A DNA stretch of 64,000 bases, from positions 38,073-102,072 of the forward strand of contig CAZJCG010000001.1 of NCBI GenBank assembly GCA_964544545.1. Direction: 5' to 3'. Source of the DNA: an uncultured Lentimicrobiaceae bacterium (GTDB lineage Bacteria; Bacteroidota; Bacteroidia; Bacteroidales; UBA4417). The translations under genes and the position numbers were made by a program. Of this stretch, positions 56,233 to 64,000 are shown piece after piece; positions within the stretch are counted from its first letter, which is position 1, and each line of letters starts with the position of its first letter. The notes under the pieces were generated by a model. That model was not told the origin of the DNA. It worked only from the letters and a program-made list of their open reading frames with translations, and ran no database searches.

Positions 56233-56967
56233 TTATCCTCCTCCCAGTTGCAGGTTTGTGCCTGTGATCCACTTTGCTGCGTCCGACAAGAGGTAAACTA
56301 TTGCGTTAGCCACATCGTCCGGTTCCCCGAAACCCAGCGGCATCATCTTTTCAAATTTTTCAAGCACCTCATTCGAAATGGTCTCGGCGGCGCCTTCCAC
56401 CATCGGGGTCTTCACAAACGAGGGTGACACGCAGTTCGACCGGATGCCCTTTGGAGCCAGTTCCAGGGCCAGCACCTTGGAATATGCCTCTATAGCCGCT
56501 TTCGTGCTGCAATACAAGGCTCCTCCGAAATAGGGATAGCGGGTGGCAATCGACGACAGGAACACTACCGAAGCGTGGCTCTTTAGTTTTTTCTTTTTCA
56601 GGATGGCTGCCGTTGTGAGAACAGGTGCAGTGTAATTCGTTGCGAAGAAAGGAACAATATCATCCTCCCGTAGGAATTTTACAGGCAGGTGCCCGGTGAT
56701 CCCGGCAGAATGAACGATACCATCCAGACCGGGGAGCAATTCGACGAGGCGGTCACGGTCTTCCTGAAGTGTAAGATCGGCGGGAATCATTATATGTCCC
56801 AGCTGATCGAGTGATTCAAGGGTTTGCTGTAAACGTTGTTCGTTGCGCCCGGTAATGACCAGGGTGCCTCCGGCCTTGCTTACAGCAATAGCGGTTTGTT
56901 TTCCGATTCCGGAAGAAGCTCCTGTCACCAGGATCGTCTTGCCATGCAACAGAAAAGTACTTTCCAC
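56233..56967 (-). CDS. short-chain dehydrogenase/reductase (FabG-like ketoreductase)
   Basis: TGASSGIG cofactor motif and the YCSTK catalytic YxxxK. GTG start. Confidence 0.85.
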   Translation of the reverse strand: MESTFLLHGKTILVTGASSGIGKQTAIAVSKAGGTLVITGRNEQRLQQTLESLDQLGHIMIPADLTLQEDRDRLVELLPGLDGIVHSAGITGHLPVKFLREDDIVPFFATNYTAPVLTTAAILKKKKLKSHASVVFLSSIATRYPYFGGALYCSTKAAIEAYSKVLALELAPKGIRSNCVSPSFVKTPMVEGAAETISNEVLEKFEKMMPLGFGEPDDVANAIVYLLSDAAKWITGTNLQLGGG

Positions 56968-56988
56968 GGAAGAAATTTTAGAAATGGA

Positions 56989-58044
56989 TTAATAGTCGAC
57001 CAAAGGCGGGCAAACCACCCTGTCGACCTCCATGGCGACGCTGCCCCACGACAATCCGACTCCGAATCCGCAGGTCAGCAGCTTTACCTTTTCCCTGCTG
57101 ATCCGTTCCCCGAGTTCCGTTACAATGGTCAGCGGAATGGAGGCAGAACTGGTATTGCCGAACTTATGAATGGAATAGGGAACTTTTTCCTTATCCAGCT
57201 TGAGCATCTTACGAATGGTCTCGTTCATCAGCAGGTTAGCCTGATGAAATACGAAATGGTCGAAATCGGCGGTCGTCACCGACAATTCCCCCATCAGTTT
57301 TTTAATGTTCGGCACCACCTCACGCAGGGCGAAGTTGAACACCTCTATGCCGTTCAGGGCTATCTGCAGGCGGTTCCGGTAGATGCCATCGCCGTATTTC
57401 CGGGTGTCGAACGACTTTTTGCTGATGAAGTTCCGCATGCCGCCATCCGGTATGATGATCGCATCGTAGCCGGCGCCGTCCGATTCAAGGTTAAAATGGA
57501 TGGGACTGGCAGATTCATCCAGCTCGAAGGCAGTGGCGGTCGCGGCATCTCCGAATAGCGGAAAAGTGCTTTTATCGCGATAGGAGGCCGTAAGGGTCGA
57601 AATATCTCCCACCAGCAACAGTCCTTTCCTGATCTTGCCTGCATACATCATGCTGGCAATAGCCGAAATGCCGTACACCCATCCCGAACAACCCAGACCG
57701 ATATCATAGGCTACACAACTGTGCGGCAGCCCCAGCCGGTCCTGGATAATACCCGAGGTGGAAGGTATGATGTAATCGCGCGACTGGCTGATAAAGATCA
57801 GCAACTGAATCTCATTCTTATCCCATCCCAGTTCCCGGATAAGTCTTTCGGCAGCAGCAACGCAGAGGTCTGAGGTGGCGGTACCGGGTTCGGCAACCCT
57901 GCGTTTCTCAACTCCCACAGTCTTGACGAGCATTTCCCGATCTTTCCTGGAAATCCACTTGTAATCGAGATTGGAGTACTCTTTCCTGGGGGCGGCAGCG
58001 GCAATGCCGGCCATCCGGACGTGGGGAACGGAGAAAACAGCCAT
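56989..58044 (-). CDS. ketoacyl-ACP synthase III (FabH-like)
   Basis: Cys-His-Asn triad contexts GLGCSGWVYG, FVFHQAN and FGNTSSASIP. 351 aa. Starts 4 nt after the ACP gene. Confidence 0.85.
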   Translation of the reverse strand: MAVFSVPHVRMAGIAAAAPRKEYSNLDYKWISRKDREMLVKTVGVEKRRVAEPGTATSDLCVAAAERLIRELGWDKNEIQLLIFISQSRDYIIPSTSGIIQDRLGLPHSCVAYDIGLGCSGWVYGISAIASMMYAGKIRKGLLLVGDISTLTASYRDKSTFPLFGDAATATAFELDESASPIHFNLESDGAGYDAIIIPDGGMRNFISKKSFDTRKYGDGIYRNRLQIALNGIEVFNFALREVVPNIKKLMGELSVTTADFDHFVFHQANLLMNETIRKMLKLDKEKVPYSIHKFGNTSSASIPLTIVTELGERISREKVKLLTCGFGVGLSWGSVAMEVDRVVCPPLVDY

Positions 58045-58048
58045 GGGC

Positions 58049-58279
58049 TTACACCTTTGATTTGACTATTTCAAACAGGTCGGTAACAGTCTTTGATTTC
58101 TGTATGTCTTCAGCATTGATGGCGGCACCGTATTCGGTCTTAACCATTGCAATAAGGATCAGGGCATTGATACTATTCCAATCGAATACTTCACGAAAAT
58201 TGGTTTCAGGTTTCAGTTTCCCGGGTTCAATGTCATCAAATTCAGTCTCGATATTCTTGATGAAATCTTCAAGTGTCAT
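58049..58279 (-). CDS. acyl carrier protein (variant attachment motif)
   Basis: About 76 aa from the ATG at 58279 (MTLEDFIKNIE...). Four-helix ACP-like layout. The attachment site reads FDWNSINALI (Ser retained, Asp replaced by Asn). Confidence 0.7.
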   Translation of the reverse strand: MTLEDFIKNIETEFDDIEPGKLKPETNFREVFDWNSINALILIAMVKTEYGAAINAEDIQKSKTVTDLFEIVKSKV

Positions 58280-58311
58280 GGTAACCAGTTTATTAGTACA
58301 AGGAAGAATCG

Positions 58312-58319
58312 CAAATGTA
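58312..58319 (-). promoter_or_regulatory. candidate -7 promoter element for the ACP-KASIII-SDR operon
   Basis: The minus strand reads tacatttg (TAnnTTTG) 33 nt upstream of the ATG at 58279. A TTTG lies at 58344-58347 (minus strand), 24 nt further upstream. Confidence 0.3.
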
Positions 58320-58416
58320 AACAAATTTGGTAGAATGACTTTTCAAAATGAGAATAATCCTGAGGCAACCTCCTCGATTCATTTTTCTATCTTTAGCGGC
58401 TGGAAAGGAAAGGATC

Positions 58417-59796
58417 ATGCCTGAACGAAAAAGAAAACTGTTGCTGATCAACCCGATAAGTCCGGAGAACCGCGGATTTGTCATCAACCAGGGTCAGCGT
58501 TATCCCCCACTCGGGCTTGGGATCGTTGCAGCGCTTACCCCGGATCACTGGGAGGTTGAACTTATCGATGAAGTATTCACCCCTTACCAGTACCGGGATA
58601 ATCTCATTGAAGCGGATCTGGTTGGCTTCGGAGCATTCACCTTTTCGGTAAACAGGGCCTATGAAATAGCGGCAGCCTACCGGAAAAGGGGCATACCTAC
58701 CGTGTTGGGCGGCATTCATGCCAGTATGGTCCCGGAAGAAGCCGGACAATACGTGGATACCATCGTGGTAGGTGAGGCAGAAACCGTCTGGCCAAAACTG
58801 ATCGCCGACTTTGAGGCAGGCCGGATGAACGACCTGTATGAGGGAGGATTGGCAGACCCCGCAACCATACCTCAACCCCGCTTCGACCTCTTTCATCCGG
58901 GTTACTGGTTTGCCTCCATCCAGACTACCCGCGGTTGTCCAATGAACTGCACCTTCTGCTCCGTAACCACATTCAACGGAAAACAACACCGGCTGAGACC
59001 GGTGAACGATGTGCTGGATGAAATCGAGAAGTGCGGAAGGAAGATGATCTTCTTTGTCGATGATAACATCATCGGCTACGGCAGGGAAGCCCGCGACCAT
59101 GCACTGGCCATCTTCCGTGGCATGAAAGAGCGGAAACTGAACAAGGTATGGTTCTCGCAGGCTTCACTCAATTTCGCCGATGATCCGGAAATACTGAAAG
59201 CAGCCAGCGATGCCGGATGCAGACTGATCCTCCTCGGGATCGAGTCGGAGCATGCCGAACAACTGAAACTGGCCAATAAAAAGCTGAACCTGAAGAAGCT
59301 GGACAGTTATAAGGACATATACCGTAAAATCCACAGGCACAGCATTTCGGTACTGGGAACTTTCATCTTCGGACTTGAAGGCGACACTCCGCAGAATATC
59401 ACTGAACGGGCTGCCTATATGGTGCACTCGGGCGTTGATGCGTACCAGGCATCCATCCTCACTCCGTTACCAGGAACATCATTATATGATTCGTTCATGG
59501 CATCCGGAAGGATAACAGACCGTAACTATCCGCAGGATTGGGACAAGTACCAGTTTACCAGAGTAGTCTTTCATCCGGGATCCATGCGGCACGACGAACT
59601 TACCGAAGAGGTCAGGCGGGCATGGCACAATATTTATCAACAACATACGATGTACCGGAAGGCTATCAGGACCTTCTGGGCATTGCGAAGATGGAACCTC
59701 CGCCAGTGGTTCACACGGGGCGTGGAGGCAACCATGTTCGCCTATTATACCAACTGGCACTATAAGAATGTCGTGATCGGAAAGAAAGAGAAATAG
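58417..59796 (+). CDS. B12-binding-domain radical SAM protein (class B), paralog 1
   Basis: ATG at 58417 gives MPERKRKLLLINP. N-terminal Rossmann-like cobalamin-domain pattern (YPPLGLGIVAALTP...ADLVGFGAFT). CxxxCxxC cluster TTRGCPMNCTFC. Confidence 0.85.
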   Translation: MPERKRKLLLINPISPENRGFVINQGQRYPPLGLGIVAALTPDHWEVELIDEVFTPYQYRDNLIEADLVGFGAFTFSVNRAYEIAAAYRKRGIPTVLGGIHASMVPEEAGQYVDTIVVGEAETVWPKLIADFEAGRMNDLYEGGLADPATIPQPRFDLFHPGYWFASIQTTRGCPMNCTFCSVTTFNGKQHRLRPVNDVLDEIEKCGRKMIFFVDDNIIGYGREARDHALAIFRGMKERKLNKVWFSQASLNFADDPEILKAASDAGCRLILLGIESEHAEQLKLANKKLNLKKLDSYKDIYRKIHRHSISVLGTFIFGLEGDTPQNITERAAYMVHSGVDAYQASILTPLPGTSLYDSFMASGRITDRNYPQDWDKYQFTRVVFHPGSMRHDELTEEVRRAWHNIYQQHTMYRKAIRTFWALRRWNLRQWFTRGVEATMFAYYTNWHYKNVVIGKKEK

Positions 59797-59822
59797 CGCC
59801 TGAGACCTGAAAATTATTGTCG

Positions 59823-61208
59823 ATGAACCGAAAGCCAAAGCTGTTGTTGGTCAATCCTGCCAGAGATGAACGAAGAGGATTCCTGATGAACCCTTTCTCC
59901 AAAATCCCTCCGATCAACCTGGCCATCATCGCAGCGTTGACACCTGAACACTGGGATATTAGGATAGCAGATGAGAATTTTGCGCATCACTGCGCAGAGG
60001 AAGCAGACCTGGTCGGGCTGACGGCGTATACATCAAACGCTCCCAGGGCTTACAGGATCGCACAGGAATACCGTGAACGCGGCATACGGACGGTAATGGG
60101 CGGTATCCATGCTTCCATGATGCCGGACGAAGCATCGAAATATGTAGATTCGGTTGTGATCGGCGAAGCTGAAAGCCTCTGGCAGCAAGTGATCAGTGAC
60201 TTTGAGAATAACAGGTTGCAGCCGTTGTACCATGCGCCCAGGGATAAGGTGGTCCGGCAGCCGATGCCCCGTTACGATCTTCTCCATCCCGGATACCTGT
60301 TCGGTTCGGTCCAGACCAGCCGGGGATGCCCCTTTGACTGCAACTTCTGTACGGTAACATCCTTTAATGGCCGGCAGTTCCGTATGCGCCCGGTGGAAGA
60401 TGTCCTCGAAGAGATCGCTGCCATCGACAAACGCTTTCTCCTGTTCGTGGATGATAACCTGGTTGGCTACAGCAAGGAGAGTTACGAACGAGCCATCGAA
60501 CTCTTCAGCAAAATGGCCGAGCGGGGCATCCGTAAGGACTGGATGGGGCAGGTTTCGATGAATGTTGCCGATGATCCGCGCGTATTGAAAGCAGCAGCAA
60601 AAAGCGGATGCAGGAATTTCTTCATCGGCTTCGAAACCGATGATGATGTCCAGCTTCAGCAAATGGACAAGAAATTGAACTTTAAAAGGGGCGTAAATAA
60701 ATACGAAGAACTCATCCGGAAAATCCACCGCCACGGGATCAGCGTTCTTGGTGCCTTTATGTTCGGAAATGAGAACGATACCAGGGAAAGCATGCTGCGG
60801 CGGGTAAACTACATAGTGAATTCAGGGATTGATATTTGCCAGATGACTATCCTGACGCCAATGCCGGGAACACGCCTGTATGATAAATGGTTTGCCGAAG
60901 GAAGGATTGAAAAAGCAAATTACCCGGAGGACTGGAAACATTACGATGCCCTGAGTCCCGTGGTTAAGTATCCCGGAATGAGCAGCTCTGAGATGAAAAC
61001 AACCATGGAGGAGATGTTTGTCCGCATGTATAACCGGAAGACCATCCGTAAAATGTTCATCCGATCCCTGTTCAATACCCGTAGCCTGACAACAGCCTAC
61101 TGGGCGTATGTGTCCAACTATAACTATTACCGGATGGTACTGGAGGACAGGATCATGGCCGGTGATCCGGATTACATTTTCTGGAAAAAGAACTGCAGGA
61201 CCTTTTAA
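59823..61208 (+). CDS. B12-binding-domain radical SAM protein (class B), paralog 2
   Basis: ATG at 59823 gives MNRKPKLLLVNP. IPPINLAIIAALTP...ADLVGLTAYT. TSRGCPFDCNFC. Collinear with paralog 1 along its whole length. Confidence 0.85.
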   Translation: MNRKPKLLLVNPARDERRGFLMNPFSKIPPINLAIIAALTPEHWDIRIADENFAHHCAEEADLVGLTAYTSNAPRAYRIAQEYRERGIRTVMGGIHASMMPDEASKYVDSVVIGEAESLWQQVISDFENNRLQPLYHAPRDKVVRQPMPRYDLLHPGYLFGSVQTSRGCPFDCNFCTVTSFNGRQFRMRPVEDVLEEIAAIDKRFLLFVDDNLVGYSKESYERAIELFSKMAERGIRKDWMGQVSMNVADDPRVLKAAAKSGCRNFFIGFETDDDVQLQQMDKKLNFKRGVNKYEELIRKIHRHGISVLGAFMFGNENDTRESMLRRVNYIVNSGIDICQMTILTPMPGTRLYDKWFAEGRIEKANYPEDWKHYDALSPVVKYPGMSSSEMKTTMEEMFVRMYNRKTIRKMFIRSLFNTRSLTTAYWAYVSNYNYYRMVLEDRIMAGDPDYIFWKKNCRTF

Positions 61209-61265
61209 TTCCGTTGAGAACCTTTTGTCTGTTTTCCGTATTTTCGTCCGCCAACAAGCACTTCA

Positions 61266-62393
61266 ATGAAAGGCAGAATCCTGTATCTCGATAACATTCG
61301 CATCTTCCTGATCTCTTACGTGATCGCCGGGCATGTATCGGTCGCCTACGGAGCGCTGGGAGGCGGCAACTGGTATTACATCGAACCGGCACAGGGCTTT
61401 GCAACCAAGGCAGCCTTCTACCTGTTCGACATGCTGGCCTATTCGTTCCTGATGGCCATGTTCATCTTCATTTCGGGTTATTTTACCCCGGCATCCCTGG
61501 AACGCAAAGGGAGCCTGGGATTCCTGAAAGACCGCATCTTCAGGCTGTTCATCCCCTTTGTATTGTATTATTTTCTTCTGGGACCGGTTACCCGCTATAT
61601 CAGCATGCTGGCCAAAGGCTACGAAGGCAGCATTTTCGAATTCTGGAAAGGGATGTATCAATCGGGTATTTACGGCTATACGGGGGTGATGTGGTTCGTA
61701 GAACTGATCCTTGCCTTTTCATTCCTTTATGCCGCTTTCAGGTACGTTTTCCCCGGAGGATTATGGAAGAGAACCGATGATCGTTTCCCTTCAAATCTTT
61801 CGATCGCCGTTTTCATCCTGATGGTAGGATTTGCAGGATTTATAGCCCGGCTTGCCTTCCCCATGGGAGGAGGATACCTGGGAGCAAGGCCCCTGGCATC
61901 CCTGGTACTCTTTGGAACAGCCTTTTTCCTGGGAACAACTGCCTGGCGTTATCAATGGCTGGATAAACTCAGCGACAAGACAGCATGGCAATGGTTTTGG
62001 GTGGCATTGGTCGTGATGGTGGCCCCTCTGGTGATCTTCCTGTTGTTCCGGAAAAGCATCAGCATCGCCGGGATCAAAGGATCAGGCACTGCAGGTTCTT
62101 TAATCTACTCCTACTGGGAAGTGATCAAATGTGTCGGCACCGGAATGCTGTCGATCGTGATCTTCCGCCGCTATTTCGACAGGCAGGGCAAAATGGCCGC
62201 AGCCATGGGAAGAAGCGCCTTTGCCGCCTATGTGCTTCATCCGATGATCTGCGTGACATTCATGTACCTGCTTTCGGGAGTACAATTGCATGGTCTGATA
62301 AAGTTCGCTCTGGTGGCGCCATTATCCATTGTCTGCACATTCGCAGTCTCCTGGCTTTTTGTGAAGATACCGGGAGTAAATAAAATATTCTGA
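61266..62393 (+). CDS. acyltransferase family 3 (OafA/OatA-like) integral membrane O-acyltransferase
   Basis: N-terminal ILYLDNIRIFLISYVIAGHV motif and about 10 hydrophobic segments. 375 aa. Confidence 0.85.
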   Translation: MKGRILYLDNIRIFLISYVIAGHVSVAYGALGGGNWYYIEPAQGFATKAAFYLFDMLAYSFLMAMFIFISGYFTPASLERKGSLGFLKDRIFRLFIPFVLYYFLLGPVTRYISMLAKGYEGSIFEFWKGMYQSGIYGYTGVMWFVELILAFSFLYAAFRYVFPGGLWKRTDDRFPSNLSIAVFILMVGFAGFIARLAFPMGGGYLGARPLASLVLFGTAFFLGTTAWRYQWLDKLSDKTAWQWFWVALVVMVAPLVIFLLFRKSISIAGIKGSGTAGSLIYSYWEVIKCVGTGMLSIVIFRRYFDRQGKMAAAMGRSAFAAYVLHPMICVTFMYLLSGVQLHGLIKFALVAPLSIVCTFAVSWLFVKIPGVNKIF

Positions 62394-62423
62394 AAATGAG
62401 ATGCGGTCAGGCTGCCTGGCCTC

Positions 62424-64000
62424 TCAGAGCACTACGTTCACAATTTTCTTCGGCACCACTATCACCTTCTTCGGATTGTTCCCCTGAAGCCATTTCTGGG
62501 CCTCGGGAGCGGCAAGCACGGCAGCTTCTACCTGAGCAGGGACCATGTCGGCAGGCAGCTCCAGCATGAAGCGGGTCTTGCCGTTGAATGAAACCGGGTA
62601 GGTAAAGGTATTGTCAACTGTATATTCCACCTTGAACTCAGGGAAGGTCGCGTCGCACACACTGCCTTCATTTCCGAGCAGATGCCAGAGCTCTTCAGCG
62701 ATATGCGGCGCATAGGAAGAGATCAGGATCACCAGTTCCCGGAGTATTTCCCTCTTGTTGCATTTCAGGTCGGCGAGTTCATTTGTGCAGATCATAAAAG
62801 AACTTACCACCGTGTTGAACGAGAAACGTTCTATATCTTCCTGAATCTTCCGGATTGTCTTATGAAGAACCTTAAGCTCTGCAGGGGTGGCCGGCTCATC
62901 CGATACCCTGAAATTCAACTGTTCGTCATGGAACAACTTCCAGAATTTCCGGATGAAACGCGAAACGCCTTCGATCCCGTTGGTATCCCATGGCTTCGAC
63001 TGTTCCAGCGGGCCCAGGAACATTTCATACAACCGCAGCGTGTCGGCACCGTATTTATCAATCAGGTCATCAGGATTCTGTACGTTGTGCTTCGATTTCG
63101 ACATTTTCTCCACTTCCCATCCGCATACATACTTACCATCCTCCAGGATGAACTCGGCATCTGAATACTGAGGCTGCCATTTCCTGAAGGCATCTACATC
63201 CAGGATATCGTTGTGCACCAGGGAGATGTCCACATGCAGGGGCTGCACTTCGTAGTTTGCTTTCAATCCTGCAGAAACATAAGTATTTGAACCTTGCATT
63301 CTGTAAACGAAACTGGAACGTCCCTGTATCATTCCCTGGTTGATCAGCTTTTTGAATGGTTCTTCCACCACTGAGTAGCCCAGGTCGAACAGGAATTTAT
63401 TCCAGAAACGTGAGTAAAGCAGGTGTCCGGTTGCATGCTCCGAGCCACCGATATACAGGTCAACGTCTTTCCAGTAAGCGACTGCTTCGGGCGAAAAGAT
63501 AGCCTCACTGTTGCGGGGATCCATGTAGCGCAGATAATAGGCGCTGGAACCCGCAAAACCGGGCATGGTGTTGGTTTCCAGCGGGTAACCTTCTTTTGTC
63601 ACCCAGTTCTTGGCCCTGGCCAGAGGAGGTTCGCCCTTTTCGGTAGGCAGGTAGGCATCAATTTCAGGAAGTGCCAGAGGCAGTTCTTCCTCCGGAAGAG
63701 TATAAGGCATGCCGTTCCTGTAATACACCGGGAAGGGTTCTCCCCAGTATCGCTGCCGGCTGAAGATGGCATCGCGCAGACGGAAATTCACCTTGCCGAA
63801 ACCAAGTCCCATTTCCTCCACCTTGCTGATGGTTGCCTTTATTGCCTGTTTTACCTCCATTCCATTGATAAAACCGCTCTGGATCATGGTGCCTTCCTTG
63901 GCATCGTGTGATTCTTCCCAGGTTGAAGGATCGGAAGGGCTTTCGCCATGCGGGCATACAACCTGAAGGATAGGGAGCTTATAATGACGGGCAAAGGCAA
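62424..64000 (-). CDS. leuS: leucine--tRNA ligase, C-terminal part (gene continues past the window end)
   Basis: [20 protein letters not shown], the KMSKS motif (EKMSKSKHN) and the C-terminal anticodon-binding region. The frame stays open from 63888 to 64000 (…[13 protein letters not shown]…). Confidence 0.9.
   Translation of the reverse strand, partial: AFARHYKLPILQVVCPHGESPSDPSTWEESHDAKEGTMIQSGFINGMEVKQAIKATISKVEEMGLGFGKVNFRLRDAIFSRQRYWGEPFPVYYRNGMPYTLPEEELPLALPEIDAYLPTEKGEPPLARAKNWVTKEGYPLETNTMPGFAGSSAYYLRYMDPRNSEAIFSPEAVAYWKDVDLYIGGSEHATGHLLYSRFWNKFLFDLGYSVVEEPFKKLINQGMIQGRSSFVYRMQGSNTYVSAGLKANYEVQPLHVDISLVHNDILDVDAFRKWQPQYSDAEFILEDGKYVCGWEVEKMSKSKHNVQNPDDLIDKYGADTLRLYEMFLGPLEQSKPWDTNGIEGVSRFIRKFWKLFHDEQLNFRVSDEPATPAELKVLHKTIRKIQEDIERFSFNTVVSSFMICTNELADLKCNKREILRELVILISSYAPHIAEELWHLLGNEGSVCDATFPEFKVEYTVDNTFTYPVSFNGKTRFMLELPADMVPAQVEAAVLAAPEAQKWLQGNNPKKVIVVPKKIVNVVL

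Noticed and set aside
54335-62393. Interpreting the rSAM/GT/deacetylase/AAC(3) genes as an aminoglycoside or hopanoid (HpnIJK) biosynthetic cluster.
   Set aside because: The window has no 2-deoxy-scyllo-inosose synthase, aminotransferases or squalene-hopene cyclase. The parallels are used only as mechanistic precedents.
1-64000. tRNA, rRNA or other canonical RNA genes in intergenic regions.
   Set aside because: I found no T-loop-like GGTTCGAATCC-type motifs, cloverleaf-compatible segments or rRNA-like conserved blocks on visual scanning. A tRNAscan/Infernal run would be needed to be certain.

Overview
The window looks like a Bacteroidota chromosome segment. Supporting evidence: T9SS C-terminal sorting domains, a GLPGLI-family protein, an S46 dipeptidyl-peptidase, a CarboxypepD_reg-type outer-membrane barrel, and TAnnTTTG-type -7 motifs. 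No rRNA, tRNA or CRISPR array was found.

Positions 1-42 kb hold mostly ordinary housekeeping and envelope genes:
- CYTH, S46 peptidase, mannose-1-P guanylyltransferase and MlaEF
- tryptophanase, M64 peptidase and MtnA
- an RND efflux operon
- Tag, YgiQ, an ECF sigma pair, a serpin and a sortilin/BNR protein

Positions 42-62 kb hold the most interesting content, a three-part glycan or lipid decoration locus:
1. A sulfotransferase, Wzx flippase, sulfotransferase module.
2. A lower-GC five-gene operon: DltA-like adenylase, GNAT, carrier protein, deacetylase-like protein and AAC(3)-like protein.
3. A divergent locus with ACP, KAS III, SDR, GT2 and GNAT on one strand, facing two tandem cobalamin-type radical SAM enzymes and an acyltransferase-3 on the other.

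No polymerase, chain-length or initiating transferase genes are visible. The locus is interrupted by a very AT-rich insert carrying AlkD, a decayed toxin-antitoxin pair and a T9SS cargo gene.

Two non-coding repeat systems stand out:
- A dispersed family of stop-codon-dense, nested micro-repeat arrays at 18.6-19.4 kb and 31.3-31.7 kb, sharing a 21-nt core.
- A MITE/REPIN-like inverted-repeat element in 2.5 copies. One copy truncates a ParE/RelE toxin gene. A RAYT-like HUH transposase elsewhere in the window has a flanking 17-bp-stem palindrome that resembles the inner termini of this element.

All functional calls rest on motif recognition by eye. No database search was possible.
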